From contig JAXLQJ010000009.1 in the NCBI GenBank assembly GCA_046331705.1, positions 1-64,000 on the forward strand: a stretch of DNA of 64,000 nucleotides. Reading direction: 5' to 3'. This DNA is from a bacterium (GTDB lineage: Bacteria; JADJOY01). How positions within the stretch are numbered: position 1 is the stretch's first letter; every line of letters starts with the position of its first letter. A program made the position numbers and the translations under genes. The notes below the pieces were generated by a model. The model was not told the origin of the DNA and searched no databases. It saw only the letters and a list, made by a program, of their open reading frames with translations. Positions 28,586 through 36,887 of the stretch are shown here, piece by piece.

Positions 28586-29830
28586 GTGAACGCTTACGTC
28601 CTCGCCAACCCGGACCCCGTTGCGCCGTGGAACGATCCGGCGGCCGAGCTCGAGGTCTTCACGCTGCCGCTCGGCGAATGGATGCGGCGGGTGCTCGAAT
28701 CGGAAGGCTTCTCGGTGGTCCCGGCGGCAGACGAGAGCGCGATTCCCTCCGGCGCGCCCTGCCTGGTGATCGGCAGCCACGTGCTCGCCGGCGCCGCGGC
28801 GATCCGCGCCTTCCGAGCGGCGGCCGAAGCGAGCGGCACGAGCCGCGCGCTCGCCCTGCCCGACTGCGCGTTCACGCGCTTCACGACCCCGCTCATGGAG
28901 CTCGCGACCGCGCAGGTCGGCGGCACGCGCGTCCATCGTTACGACGTCTACTGGTGCGCCGACGGGCGATTCACGCGCCGCGACGCGGAGAGCTTCGAGC
29001 CCCTGGTGCTCGACCCGCGCGAGCGCGAGCTGCCGACGAGCGCCCCACCCTTCGTCCCCGGCGAGCGCATGCCGATGGGCATCACGCCCCGGCACGTGTT
29101 CCACATCCGACACTGGTCGCACCTGCACATGGCCAACATCGTCGGCGGGCTCTGCGAGGCGTCGGCCCGGGTGCGGCGGCCACGCACCTGGCTCTGGCTC
29201 GCGTGGCGCCTGCTGCGCGCGTTTCCGTGGACCCTCGGGCGCTTGCTCAACGGCTTCAACCATCGCGGGCGCCGCACCTTCATCCATCCCACCGCGAGCG
29301 TCGAGGGCTGCGTCGTGGGCCGGGGAGTGGTGATCGACGCGGGAGCGGTGGTGCGCGGCTCGATCATCGGCGACGGCGCCAAGATCGGTCAGCACGCCCG
29401 CGTGCAGTGGAGCGTGATCGGTCAGGGAGCGCGGGTGGCGTGGAACGGCATCGCGAGCTTCTCGGTGCTGATGCGCGGCAGCGAGACCAGCTTTCCGGGA
29501 GTGCAGATGTCGGTCGTGGGACGCGAGGCCTACCTGGGCTCGGGTGTGTGGCATCTCGACACCAGCTTCACCGGAGCGGTGCCCGTGAGGGATCGCGATC
29601 GGGTGGTGGCGAGCCACCAGCTGTTGCTGGGCATCGCCGTCGGGCACCGGGGCTTTCTCGGCGCGGGCGTCACCATCGCCGCCGGCCGCGAGATCCCGAA
29701 CGGCACGCGCTGGATCGACGATCCGGCCCGGATGGCCACGCGAATCCCCGTGGACCTCGTCGACGGCGAGGTCTACGCGATCCGCGACGGCCGGCCGGTG
29801 CCGCTCGCCGAGCTGATGAAGAAGCGCTGA
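28586..29830 (+). CDS. Hexapeptide-repeat (left-handed beta-helix) protein, paralog B (414 aa)
   Basis: GTG at 28586. IHPTASVEGCVVGRGVVIDAGAVVRGSIIGDGAKIG repeats; shares motifs with paralog A. Confidence 0.8.
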   Translation: MNAYVLANPDPVAPWNDPAAELEVFTLPLGEWMRRVLESEGFSVVPAADESAIPSGAPCLVIGSHVLAGAAAIRAFRAAAEASGTSRALALPDCAFTRFTTPLMELATAQVGGTRVHRYDVYWCADGRFTRRDAESFEPLVLDPRERELPTSAPPFVPGERMPMGITPRHVFHIRHWSHLHMANIVGGLCEASARVRRPRTWLWLAWRLLRAFPWTLGRLLNGFNHRGRRTFIHPTASVEGCVVGRGVVIDAGAVVRGSIIGDGAKIGQHARVQWSVIGQGARVAWNGIASFSVLMRGSETSFPGVQMSVVGREAYLGSGVWHLDTSFTGAVPVRDRDRVVASHQLLLGIAVGHRGFLGAGVTIAAGREIPNGTRWIDDPARMATRIPVDLVDGEVYAIRDGRPVPLAELMKKR

Positions 29831-29879
29831 CGGAGCCACCCGTCCGATCGGTGCGGCGGTCGGCGGCGCTCGCGGCGCG

Positions 29880-31118
29880 TCAGCCTTCGGCGCTCGCCAG
29901 CACCTCGCCGGTGTCGACGTCGACCAGCTCGGCGCGATACGGCTCGCTCGTCCCCGCACGCTTGTGGATGTCGGTGAGCCCGGCGGCGAGCTTGCCGAGG
30001 AACACGGCGCGCATCGCCTCCGGCATCTGGCTCATGGGGAACCCGCGCACCCACACCTTCACCTGGGTGTCGTGATCCCATTCGATCTGGGAGACCTTGC
30101 TGCCCAGGATCGGGTGGTTGCGAAACAGCGCCTCGACCTCGCCTTGCGGGCCGGTCGCCGTCGTCGCCGGGACCGGCGCCGCCGCGGAGCCGTCGAGCGG
30201 CGGGTGCCCCGGAGGCAGGCCGTCCGCGGATCCGGGCGGCATCAGGTTCTTGGGTGCGCGTCCCTCGAGCTTGGCGATGGCGTTCTCGATCCCTTGGGCC
30301 ACCTCCGGGGGTGGCTTCAGGTCCTGCGCCTTGCGGTACGCCTCCAGCGCCTTCGCGGAGTCACCGCTCGCGTGATACGCGTTGCCGAGGTTGAAGTACG
30401 CGTTCACGAAGTCCGGATGCGCCGCGATCACCTTCTGGTACTCGCGAATCGCGTCGTCGCGCCGATTCGCGTAGAGGTACATGGTGGCGAGATCGGTGCG
30501 GACGCTCGCCTCGTCCGGGTTCTTGGCGAGGAACTTCTCGTAGAGCGGAATCGCATCCGCCGCGCGATCCAGGTCGTAGTAGACGTTGGCCAGCGCGACC
30601 GTCGCGTCGAGATTCTCGGGGTCGCTCTTCAGGATCTCGCGGAAGATCGTGCTCGCCTCGTCGGCGTACTCCGGCAGCAGGCTGGCGGCGCGATAGACGC
30701 CGTAGCCGAGCCTGAGCCGCGCATCGATCGAGCTCGCGTCGGCTTGCACCGCATCGCGCAGCGGCTTGAGCGCCGCCTCGATGTCCGCCTTGGCGACAGC
30801 CGGCTGACTCGCGGCTCCTGCGGCCGTCGATGCGACCCCCTGCCCTTGTGTCGCGGCCTGGCGCATGACGTCGGCAGGTCCCCGTGGTGCGCCGCCCGCG
30901 CTCGCTTCCGGCCCCCGGAGCCGCGTCGCGAGCAGCACCGTGCCGCCCACGAAGAGTGTCGCCGCCGCGACGATCGCGAGGGTCGGGCCGAGGGCGGCCT
31001 TGCGCGCGCCCAGCTCGGCGATCTCGAAGCCGCACTCACCGCAGAAGCGGACACCCGGCTTCACGGGCGCCGCGCAACCCGGGCAGAACTTGATGTCGCG
31101 CTGGGGGATCGGGGTCAC
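29880..31118 (-). CDS. Zinc-ribbon + TM + TPR-repeat protein (412 aa)
   Basis: CPGC...CGEC, one TM helix, 4-5 TPRs (e.g. AYFNLGNAY), LPPGHPP linker and a small C-terminal domain; GAGGAG Shine-Dalgarno. Confidence 0.88.
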   Translation of the reverse strand: MTPIPQRDIKFCPGCAAPVKPGVRFCGECGFEIAELGARKAALGPTLAIVAAATLFVGGTVLLATRLRGPEASAGGAPRGPADVMRQAATQGQGVASTAAGAASQPAVAKADIEAALKPLRDAVQADASSIDARLRLGYGVYRAASLLPEYADEASTIFREILKSDPENLDATVALANVYYDLDRAADAIPLYEKFLAKNPDEASVRTDLATMYLYANRRDDAIREYQKVIAAHPDFVNAYFNLGNAYHASGDSAKALEAYRKAQDLKPPPEVAQGIENAIAKLEGRAPKNLMPPGSADGLPPGHPPLDGSAAAPVPATTATGPQGEVEALFRNHPILGSKVSQIEWDHDTQVKVWVRGFPMSQMPEAMRAVFLGKLAAGLTDIHKRAGTSEPYRAELVDVDTGEVLASAEG

Positions 31119-31152
31119 GACGAGCTCCTCGTTCGGTGCGGGAATGCCGCCC

Positions 31153-32652
31153 TCAACCGGCGACGTAGTGCGCGAGCGCGCGCTCGAGACGACGACGCAC
31201 GGACTCGCGCCCCAGGATGGCCAGCGTCTCGTCGATCGGCGGGCTCACGGTGCCGCCGCTCACGGCGATGCGCGCCGGCTGCGCGACCCGCGCCATCTTG
31301 CCCTCGCGCGCCTCGGCGAGGCGCGTGAGAACCGCGTGGATCTCCGCGGTCTCGAACGGCTCGATGCCGTCCAGCGCCGCCGCGAGCTCGCGCAGCGCCG
31401 CCAGACCGTCGGCGTTGAGCCACTTCCTCGCGTCCTTGGAATCCGGCGGCGGCAGCGCGATGTCTTCGTCGCCGACCAGGAAGAAGCGGCCGAGCTCGGT
31501 CATCTCGGCGAGCGTCTTGGCGCGGTCCTGGAGCGCCTTGACGATCCGGACCAGGTGCTCGCTCGCGGCCACCTCGATGCGCTGGTCAGCGCGCTCCGGC
31601 AACGCCAGGAAGCGCGCCCACTCGCCGGCGAGCGTCGCCGCGTCGCGATGGCGCATGTAGTGACCCGAGAGCCACGTCAGCTTGTCGCGGTCGAACACCG
31701 CCGCGGCCGTGCCACAGCCCTCGAGCGTGAACGCCGCCACCATCTCGTCGAGGCTGATGACCTCTTGGTCGCCGAGGCTCCAGCCCAGCCGAACCAGGTA
31801 GTTCCGCAGCGCGTCCGCCAGAAAGCCGTCCTCGTCGAGATACGAGGTGACGCTGGTGGCGCCGTGGCGCTTCGAGAGTCGCGAGCGATCGCCGCCCAGG
31901 ATCATCGGCACGTGGGCGAAATGCGGCAGCGCGTAGCCGAGCGCACGATAGAGCAGGATCTGCTTGGGAGTGTTCGAGACGTGGTCGTCGCCGCGCACCA
32001 CGTGGGTGATCTTCATCCATGCGTCGTCGGCGACGGCGGCGAGGTTGTAGGTCGGCGTCCCGTCGGAACGCAGCACCACGAAGTCCTCGATCTGCTCGCA
32101 CTCGAAGTGGAGCGCACCCTTGATGCCGTCCGTCCAGCCCACGCCGCCAACCAGCGGCGCCTTGAACCGCAGCACCGCGGGGGCGTCCGCGGGGGTGTCG
32201 GTGCGCTCGCGACAGCGGCGGTCGTAGCCCGGCGGCCGGCCGCTCTTCTGCGCCGCCTCGCGCCGCGCCGCGAGCTCGTCGGGCGTGCAAACGCACCGGT
32301 AGGCCGCACCGCGCTCGAGCAGCGCCCGTCCAGCCGCTTGGTGCGCGGCGAGCCGCTTCGATTGAAGGACGGCGCGCCGCTGCCACGGGTCGCCGGCGGG
32401 CAGCGCGTCGAAGTAGGCATCGTCGGCGTCCTCGAACACGTCGCCTTGGATGCCGAGGGCGCTCATGCCGGCGAGGATCGGCACCAACAGCTCGGGCCGG
32501 TTGCGCTCGCGATCGGTGTCCTCCACGCGCACGTAGAACTTGCCACCCGAGTGACGCGCCAGGAGCCAGTTGAAGAGCGCGGTCCGCGCGCCGCCGACGT
32601 GCAGGAAGCCGGTCGGGCTGGGGGCGAAACGCGTGACGACGACCTCGGACAT
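31153..32652 (-). CDS. gltX: Glutamate--tRNA ligase
   Basis: TRFAPSPTGFLHVGG (HIGH), RVEDTD, ITHVVRGDDH and RLSKRHGA (KMSKS). Confidence 0.97.
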   Translation of the reverse strand: MSEVVVTRFAPSPTGFLHVGGARTALFNWLLARHSGGKFYVRVEDTDRERNRPELLVPILAGMSALGIQGDVFEDADDAYFDALPAGDPWQRRAVLQSKRLAAHQAAGRALLERGAAYRCVCTPDELAARREAAQKSGRPPGYDRRCRERTDTPADAPAVLRFKAPLVGGVGWTDGIKGALHFECEQIEDFVVLRSDGTPTYNLAAVADDAWMKITHVVRGDDHVSNTPKQILLYRALGYALPHFAHVPMILGGDRSRLSKRHGATSVTSYLDEDGFLADALRNYLVRLGWSLGDQEVISLDEMVAAFTLEGCGTAAAVFDRDKLTWLSGHYMRHRDAATLAGEWARFLALPERADQRIEVAASEHLVRIVKALQDRAKTLAEMTELGRFFLVGDEDIALPPPDSKDARKWLNADGLAALRELAAALDGIEPFETAEIHAVLTRLAEAREGKMARVAQPARIAVSGGTVSPPIDETLAILGRESVRRRLERALAHYVAG

Positions 32653-32701
32653 GCGGCAGGTCTCCCGGTGGATCGCGGCACGCTCGCGCCGCGCGTGGCG
32701 A

Positions 32702-33622
32702 TCAGGCGAGCGGCGCCGCTCGTCGCGCGTGGCGCGCGTCGAAGACGATGCCCGCGTAACCGACGAAGTCCTGGGGCTCTCCCCGCGGACGAACGTCGTG
32801 ACTCGTCGTGTAGGAAAGCAAGCGGCCGCGCGTGGCGCCCCGCGCCACCGCGAACGCGATCGCCGCGGCCATCGCACCGGGGCCGCAGGCGTTCTGGTGG
32901 CGAAGTGCCTCGGCCACGATCTCATCCGCGCGCATCGTGGTGGCGAGCGCCAGAATGGCCGCGTCGTTGGTGTGCTTCACCCAATCCAGCGCCGCGCGCC
33001 CTCGGCCATGAGGCGTGAAGTCGTAGTGGGGTCCGTAATGCGTGAGATCGGTGGAGCCGATGGCGACGACTGCCTCGTCGGCGCCCGCCACGTCCGCGAC
33101 CCAGCGGCCCACCTGGGCCGCGCCGACCCGCGGGCCCACCAGGATCGGCACGATGCGCGCCTTCGGCCACAGCTCCTGCACCAGCGGAACCTGGACCTCG
33201 ATCGAATGCTCGCGGCGGTGCGACTCGGCGCGGGCTTCGATCTCCCCCGCCGCGCGATCGAGCACCCGCGCCGCGAAGCTCGCGTCCACCGCCACCTCGC
33301 CGAGCGGGGTCAGCCAGCTCCCCTCGGGATCGAGCTGCGCGCGCTGGCGTGCTTCGCCCCAGTGGTCGGCGCCGAAGATCACCACCGTGTCGGGGGTGAC
33401 GCCACGCGCGATCTCGCGCAGCACGCAGCCGGCAACGGCACCCGAGTACACCCAGCCGGCGTGCGGCACGACACCGCCCACGGGGACGGCGGCGCCCAGC
33501 GCGGCGGCCTCGTGCCGCCGCTCCGGGCTCTCGCCCAGGATCTCGATGAGCTCGGCGTGACAGCCGGCACGGTCGCCTGGGTAGAACTGCCCAGCCACGG
33601 CGGGAGAACGTCGGTTCGTCAT
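32702..33622 (-). CDS. amrB: MEMO1-family protein (AmmeMemoRadiSam system protein B)
   Basis: PAVAGQFYP, VPHAGWVYSG, EHSIEVQVP, STDLTHYG, NACG and VGYAGIVF. Confidence 0.92.
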   Translation of the reverse strand: MTNRRSPAVAGQFYPGDRAGCHAELIEILGESPERRHEAAALGAAVPVGGVVPHAGWVYSGAVAGCVLREIARGVTPDTVVIFGADHWGEARQRAQLDPEGSWLTPLGEVAVDASFAARVLDRAAGEIEARAESHRREHSIEVQVPLVQELWPKARIVPILVGPRVGAAQVGRWVADVAGADEAVVAIGSTDLTHYGPHYDFTPHGRGRAALDWVKHTNDAAILALATTMRADEIVAEALRHQNACGPGAMAAAIAFAVARGATRGRLLSYTTSHDVRPRGEPQDFVGYAGIVFDARHARRAAPLA

Positions 33623-33662
33623 GATTTCGCGGCGCTTTTCCGCAACTTCGAGCCGCGTGCGG

Positions 33663-33691
33663 AAGCTACCGATCGCCCCTCCCCCCGTCAA
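33663..33691 (-). promoter_or_regulatory. sigma70-type promoter for amrB-gltX-TPR
   Basis: TTGACG-N17-TAGCTT, about 40 bp upstream of the amrB ATG. Confidence 0.75.
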
Positions 33692-33744
33692 GCAACGGCG
33701 GGGTGCGGGGCGTCGAATCCGAGCCGACGCCGAGGTCCGAATCC

Positions 33745-35310
33745 TCAGCTCGCGAGCAGCGGCCGCGCCCGTCGAGCAAGCGCGGACGATCGCTCGCGCC
33801 GCCCCCGAGCGCGTCGCACCAGCCCGCGTGCGTAGTGGCGGAGATACGCGCGCTCTTCGACCCCCGCGCGCCGCAGCGTCCCTGCACCCAGCGCGAGCCA
33901 GCTGGCGAGCACCACCGCGAGCTCGGGCCAGCGCTCGATCCCAAGCTGGCCCACGCGGCCGCGCAACGAGCGCGGCACGAGCGGCAACAGTCGGAACGCG
34001 AGCGCGTATGCGGCGAGCGCCCGCGAATGGGACGCACCGCCGCCATCGCTCGCGCGCTCGCGCGCGGTGTCGTGGTAGCCAATCAGCTCGCCGTCGGCGA
34101 TCGCGTCGGCCTGAGCCGTCGAGACGCTGCCCGCGGCGACCGCGCGCGCGAGCATCTCGGTCCCGGGGAAGTACGTGGCCCAGTAGACCGAGATCCGGGT
34201 CGGTGTGTGCTCCGCGTAGAAGCGCAACGCGCGCTGCTGCGCGTCCGCGGGCTCGTCGGGCAGGCCGAGGATGTGATCGACCTGCACGGGCACTCCCCGC
34301 TGCTCGAGATTGGCGATGGCGCGTTCGACCTGGCCCGTGCGCTCGTAGCGTTTGAGCGACGCGCGCTTGAACTCGTCGTCGACCGATTGCACGCCGACCT
34401 GGACGCCGACGCAGCCCGCCTCGGCGAGCCAGCGCGCGACCTCGGCGTCCAGATAGCGGGGATGGCTCATGCACCGGAACGGGGCGCCGATCGCGCGGCG
34501 ATAGCGAGACAGAAAAGGTGCGAGCCAATCCTTGTCGACCGTGAACACGTCGTCCTGGAAGTTCACCAGGCGCAGGCGCCCGTAGCGCGCTTGGGCGGCG
34601 CCGAGCTCCTCCAGCACGTGCTCCGCGCTGCGCTGCCGGACGTACTTGCCGCGCGGCTCCGCCGCCAGCTCGACGAAGAAGTTGTTGAAGCAGAACGTAC
34701 AGCGATACGGGCAGCCCCTGGACGCCATCGTCAGGTAGACGTGGGCCACGTCGAGGTGCCGTTCCCAGAGCGCCTTGTCGAAATGCGGCAACGAATCGAG
34801 GTCCGCGAAGAACGGTAGCTGCGGCCCGGCGACGATCCGGCCATCGCCGCCGCGGTAGCGCAGGTTGGGGACCCCCTGCGGCGACTCGCCTCGCTCGAGC
34901 GCCGCGAGCAACCGCGGAAACGCGACATCGCCCTCGCCCACGCACACGAAGTCCACGCACTCGTCGGCGAGCACCCGCTCCGCAACGGCCGATGCGTGCA
35001 CTCCTCCGAAGACCACCTGGAGATCCGGCATCGCACGCTTGGCCTCGCGCGCCACGGCGAGCATCCACCGGTAGGAGTTGGTGAGCGCCGAGCACGCGAG
35101 CACGTCGGGGCGTTGCTCGCGGATCGCGGCGAGCACCGCCGCGGTGTCGTCGAGGCGCCGCGCCAGCGCCGGCACGCGCAGGAAGTAGCGATCGTCGAAG
35201 AGCGCCGCCGAGAACGCCAGCCCCACCGTGTGACCGTCGCGGCGCGCCAGCGCGGCGAGCAGGCTCACCGCGAGCTGCTCGCAGCCGATGCCGAGAAAGG
35301 TCACGCGCAC
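33745..35310 (-). CDS. Cobalamin-binding radical SAM protein (521 aa)
   Basis: N-terminal B12-binding domain (VVFGGVHAS, CVGEGD), SRGCPYRCTFC, FQDDVF and GVQS. Confidence 0.92.
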   Translation of the reverse strand: MRVTFLGIGCEQLAVSLLAALARRDGHTVGLAFSAALFDDRYFLRVPALARRLDDTAAVLAAIREQRPDVLACSALTNSYRWMLAVAREAKRAMPDLQVVFGGVHASAVAERVLADECVDFVCVGEGDVAFPRLLAALERGESPQGVPNLRYRGGDGRIVAGPQLPFFADLDSLPHFDKALWERHLDVAHVYLTMASRGCPYRCTFCFNNFFVELAAEPRGKYVRQRSAEHVLEELGAAQARYGRLRLVNFQDDVFTVDKDWLAPFLSRYRRAIGAPFRCMSHPRYLDAEVARWLAEAGCVGVQVGVQSVDDEFKRASLKRYERTGQVERAIANLEQRGVPVQVDHILGLPDEPADAQQRALRFYAEHTPTRISVYWATYFPGTEMLARAVAAGSVSTAQADAIADGELIGYHDTARERASDGGGASHSRALAAYALAFRLLPLVPRSLRGRVGQLGIERWPELAVVLASWLALGAGTLRRAGVEERAYLRHYARGLVRRARGRRERSSALARRARPLLAS

Positions 35311-35341
35311 GTGGACACGCTCGGCACGCGCCGCCGCTCGC

Positions 35342-36709
35342 TCATGCGAAGACCCGCCACGCGCGGCTCGCGAGGTAGCGCAGATGCGCAAAGCTTCGCA
35401 TCTGGCGCAGCATCGCGAGGATCGCGCGCGGTCGCAGATAGAAGCGTAGGAACGCGCGCCGTTGCCACCCGGGCACGTCGAGCGCGTCGCTCCGTCGGGC
35501 GCCGCCGCCGGTGGTCAGAAAGTGCTCCCACGACGGGCGCTCGTCCTCGATTCCCGCGGCGGCGCGCGTTCCCGGCAAGGGCAGGAAATTCGAGAACTGG
35601 GCGTGGTCGAGGTCGAGATCGAGCGCGAGCCGGATCGTGGCGCGCACGTCGTCCTCGGTCTCGTCCGGGTAGCCGACGATGAAGAAGCCGGTGGTGCGAA
35701 TGCCGAGCCGACGCGCGATCGCGAGCTTCTCCTCGACCATGCGCAAGTCGAGCTCCTTCTGCATCGCCTCGAGGACCCGCGGCGAGCCCGACTCGATCCC
35801 CACCGCGAACGCGACCAAGCCAGCCCGACGCATGAGCGCCAGAAGCTCCTCGTCGACGGTGTCCAGGCGCATGCCGTTCGGACAACACCACGTGATCGGC
35901 TCGGCGCGCGAGAGCAGCGCCTCGCAGAACGCGCGGACCACCTTGCGGCTGGTGGTGAAGTTGTCGTCCTCGAGGTGCAGCTCGCGAACTCCATGACGGC
36001 CGACCAGCACGTCGATCTCGGCCAGCACGTTCGCCATGCTGCGCACCCGCAGCCGGCGGCCCGCGGTGCTGACGGCGTCGCAGAAGGCACAGAGATACGG
36101 ACAACCGCGCGTCACCAGAAACGGTGCCACGGGGAAGCCGTTGGCAACCACGCCGTGGGGCGCCGGCGGATAGGACGCGGGCGGCATCAGGTCCCACGCC
36201 GGGAACGGGATGGCGTCGAGGTCCTCGGCGAAGCGCGTCGCCGATGCGACCACGCGATCGTCCTCGCGGCGCACGAGATTCTCCACGCCGTCCACCGGCC
36301 GACCGCTGCTCAGCGCGTCCACGAGCTCCATCAGGCCGCGCTCGGCCTCGCCGCGAAACGCGTAGTCGATCTCGGGCAGATAGCCGAGGGCGTGCTCCGG
36401 ATCGGCGCTCGCGTGCGGGCCGCCGAGCAGCAAGCACGCCTTCGGGAAACGCTGCCGCGCGATCCCGGCGAGCGCGCGCACTTGCGGCAGATCGCAGGAA
36501 AACGACTGGAAGCCGATCACATCGTAGTGCTCGCGCTCGATCCGAGCGGCGAACCGGCGCTCGTCCAGGCGGTCCCGCATGCCGTCGACCACGGCCACGT
36601 CGTGCCCCGCCTGCGTCAACACCGCGCCCAGATAGCCGAGTCCGAGGCTCGGCACGACGGTCGGGATGCGCCGGCTCCACGGCCGCACCAAGAGCACCCG
36701 TGCGCTCAC
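35342..36709 (-). CDS. Cobalamin-binding radical SAM protein (455 aa)
   Basis: PSLGLGYL, LGGPHAS, RGEAE, TRGCPYLCAFC, EDDNF, GIESGS and FFIVGYPDET. Confidence 0.93.
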   Translation of the reverse strand: MSARVLLVRPWSRRIPTVVPSLGLGYLGAVLTQAGHDVAVVDGMRDRLDERRFAARIEREHYDVIGFQSFSCDLPQVRALAGIARQRFPKACLLLGGPHASADPEHALGYLPEIDYAFRGEAERGLMELVDALSSGRPVDGVENLVRREDDRVVASATRFAEDLDAIPFPAWDLMPPASYPPAPHGVVANGFPVAPFLVTRGCPYLCAFCDAVSTAGRRLRVRSMANVLAEIDVLVGRHGVRELHLEDDNFTTSRKVVRAFCEALLSRAEPITWCCPNGMRLDTVDEELLALMRRAGLVAFAVGIESGSPRVLEAMQKELDLRMVEEKLAIARRLGIRTTGFFIVGYPDETEDDVRATIRLALDLDLDHAQFSNFLPLPGTRAAAGIEDERPSWEHFLTTGGGARRSDALDVPGWQRRAFLRFYLRPRAILAMLRQMRSFAHLRYLASRAWRVFA

Positions 36710-36838
36710 GGTCGACCTCCGCGTCGCGAGCTGCGGCGGCGCGAAACGACGCGGCGGAGGCGGCTGGGACGAGTCGCGGGCAAGATCACGATCTCGAGGA
36801 GGCCGCGAGGGGGAGGCGAGCTTACACCGGTCGCGCCG

Positions 36839-36863
36839 GGGCCGACCAACGGTTGGTCGGCCC
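36839..36863. promoter_or_regulatory. Perfect 12-bp inverted repeat with 1-nt spacer, candidate operator
   Basis: GGGCCGACCAAC-G-GTTGGTCGGCCC, just upstream (minus strand) of a -10-like TAAGCT at 36819-36824. Confidence 0.55.
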
Positions 36864-36887
36864 GCCTGCGCGGCCCCCGCGGAATGC

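Noticed and set aside
27088-29830. Calling the LbH paralogs glmU, lpxD or a sugar-phosphate nucleotidyltransferase
   Set aside because: They lack the GxGxR/K nucleotidyltransferase signature and the LpxD motifs, and a true lpxD is present at 61321-62358.
32702-35095. Apparent 797-aa AmrB with a long N-terminal extension, and similar extensions on mutL, miaA, skp, lpxA, aroC and the rSAMs
   Set aside because: The extensions are off-frame read-through of upstream genes. Real starts are marked by family N-termini, promoters or 4-bp overlaps.
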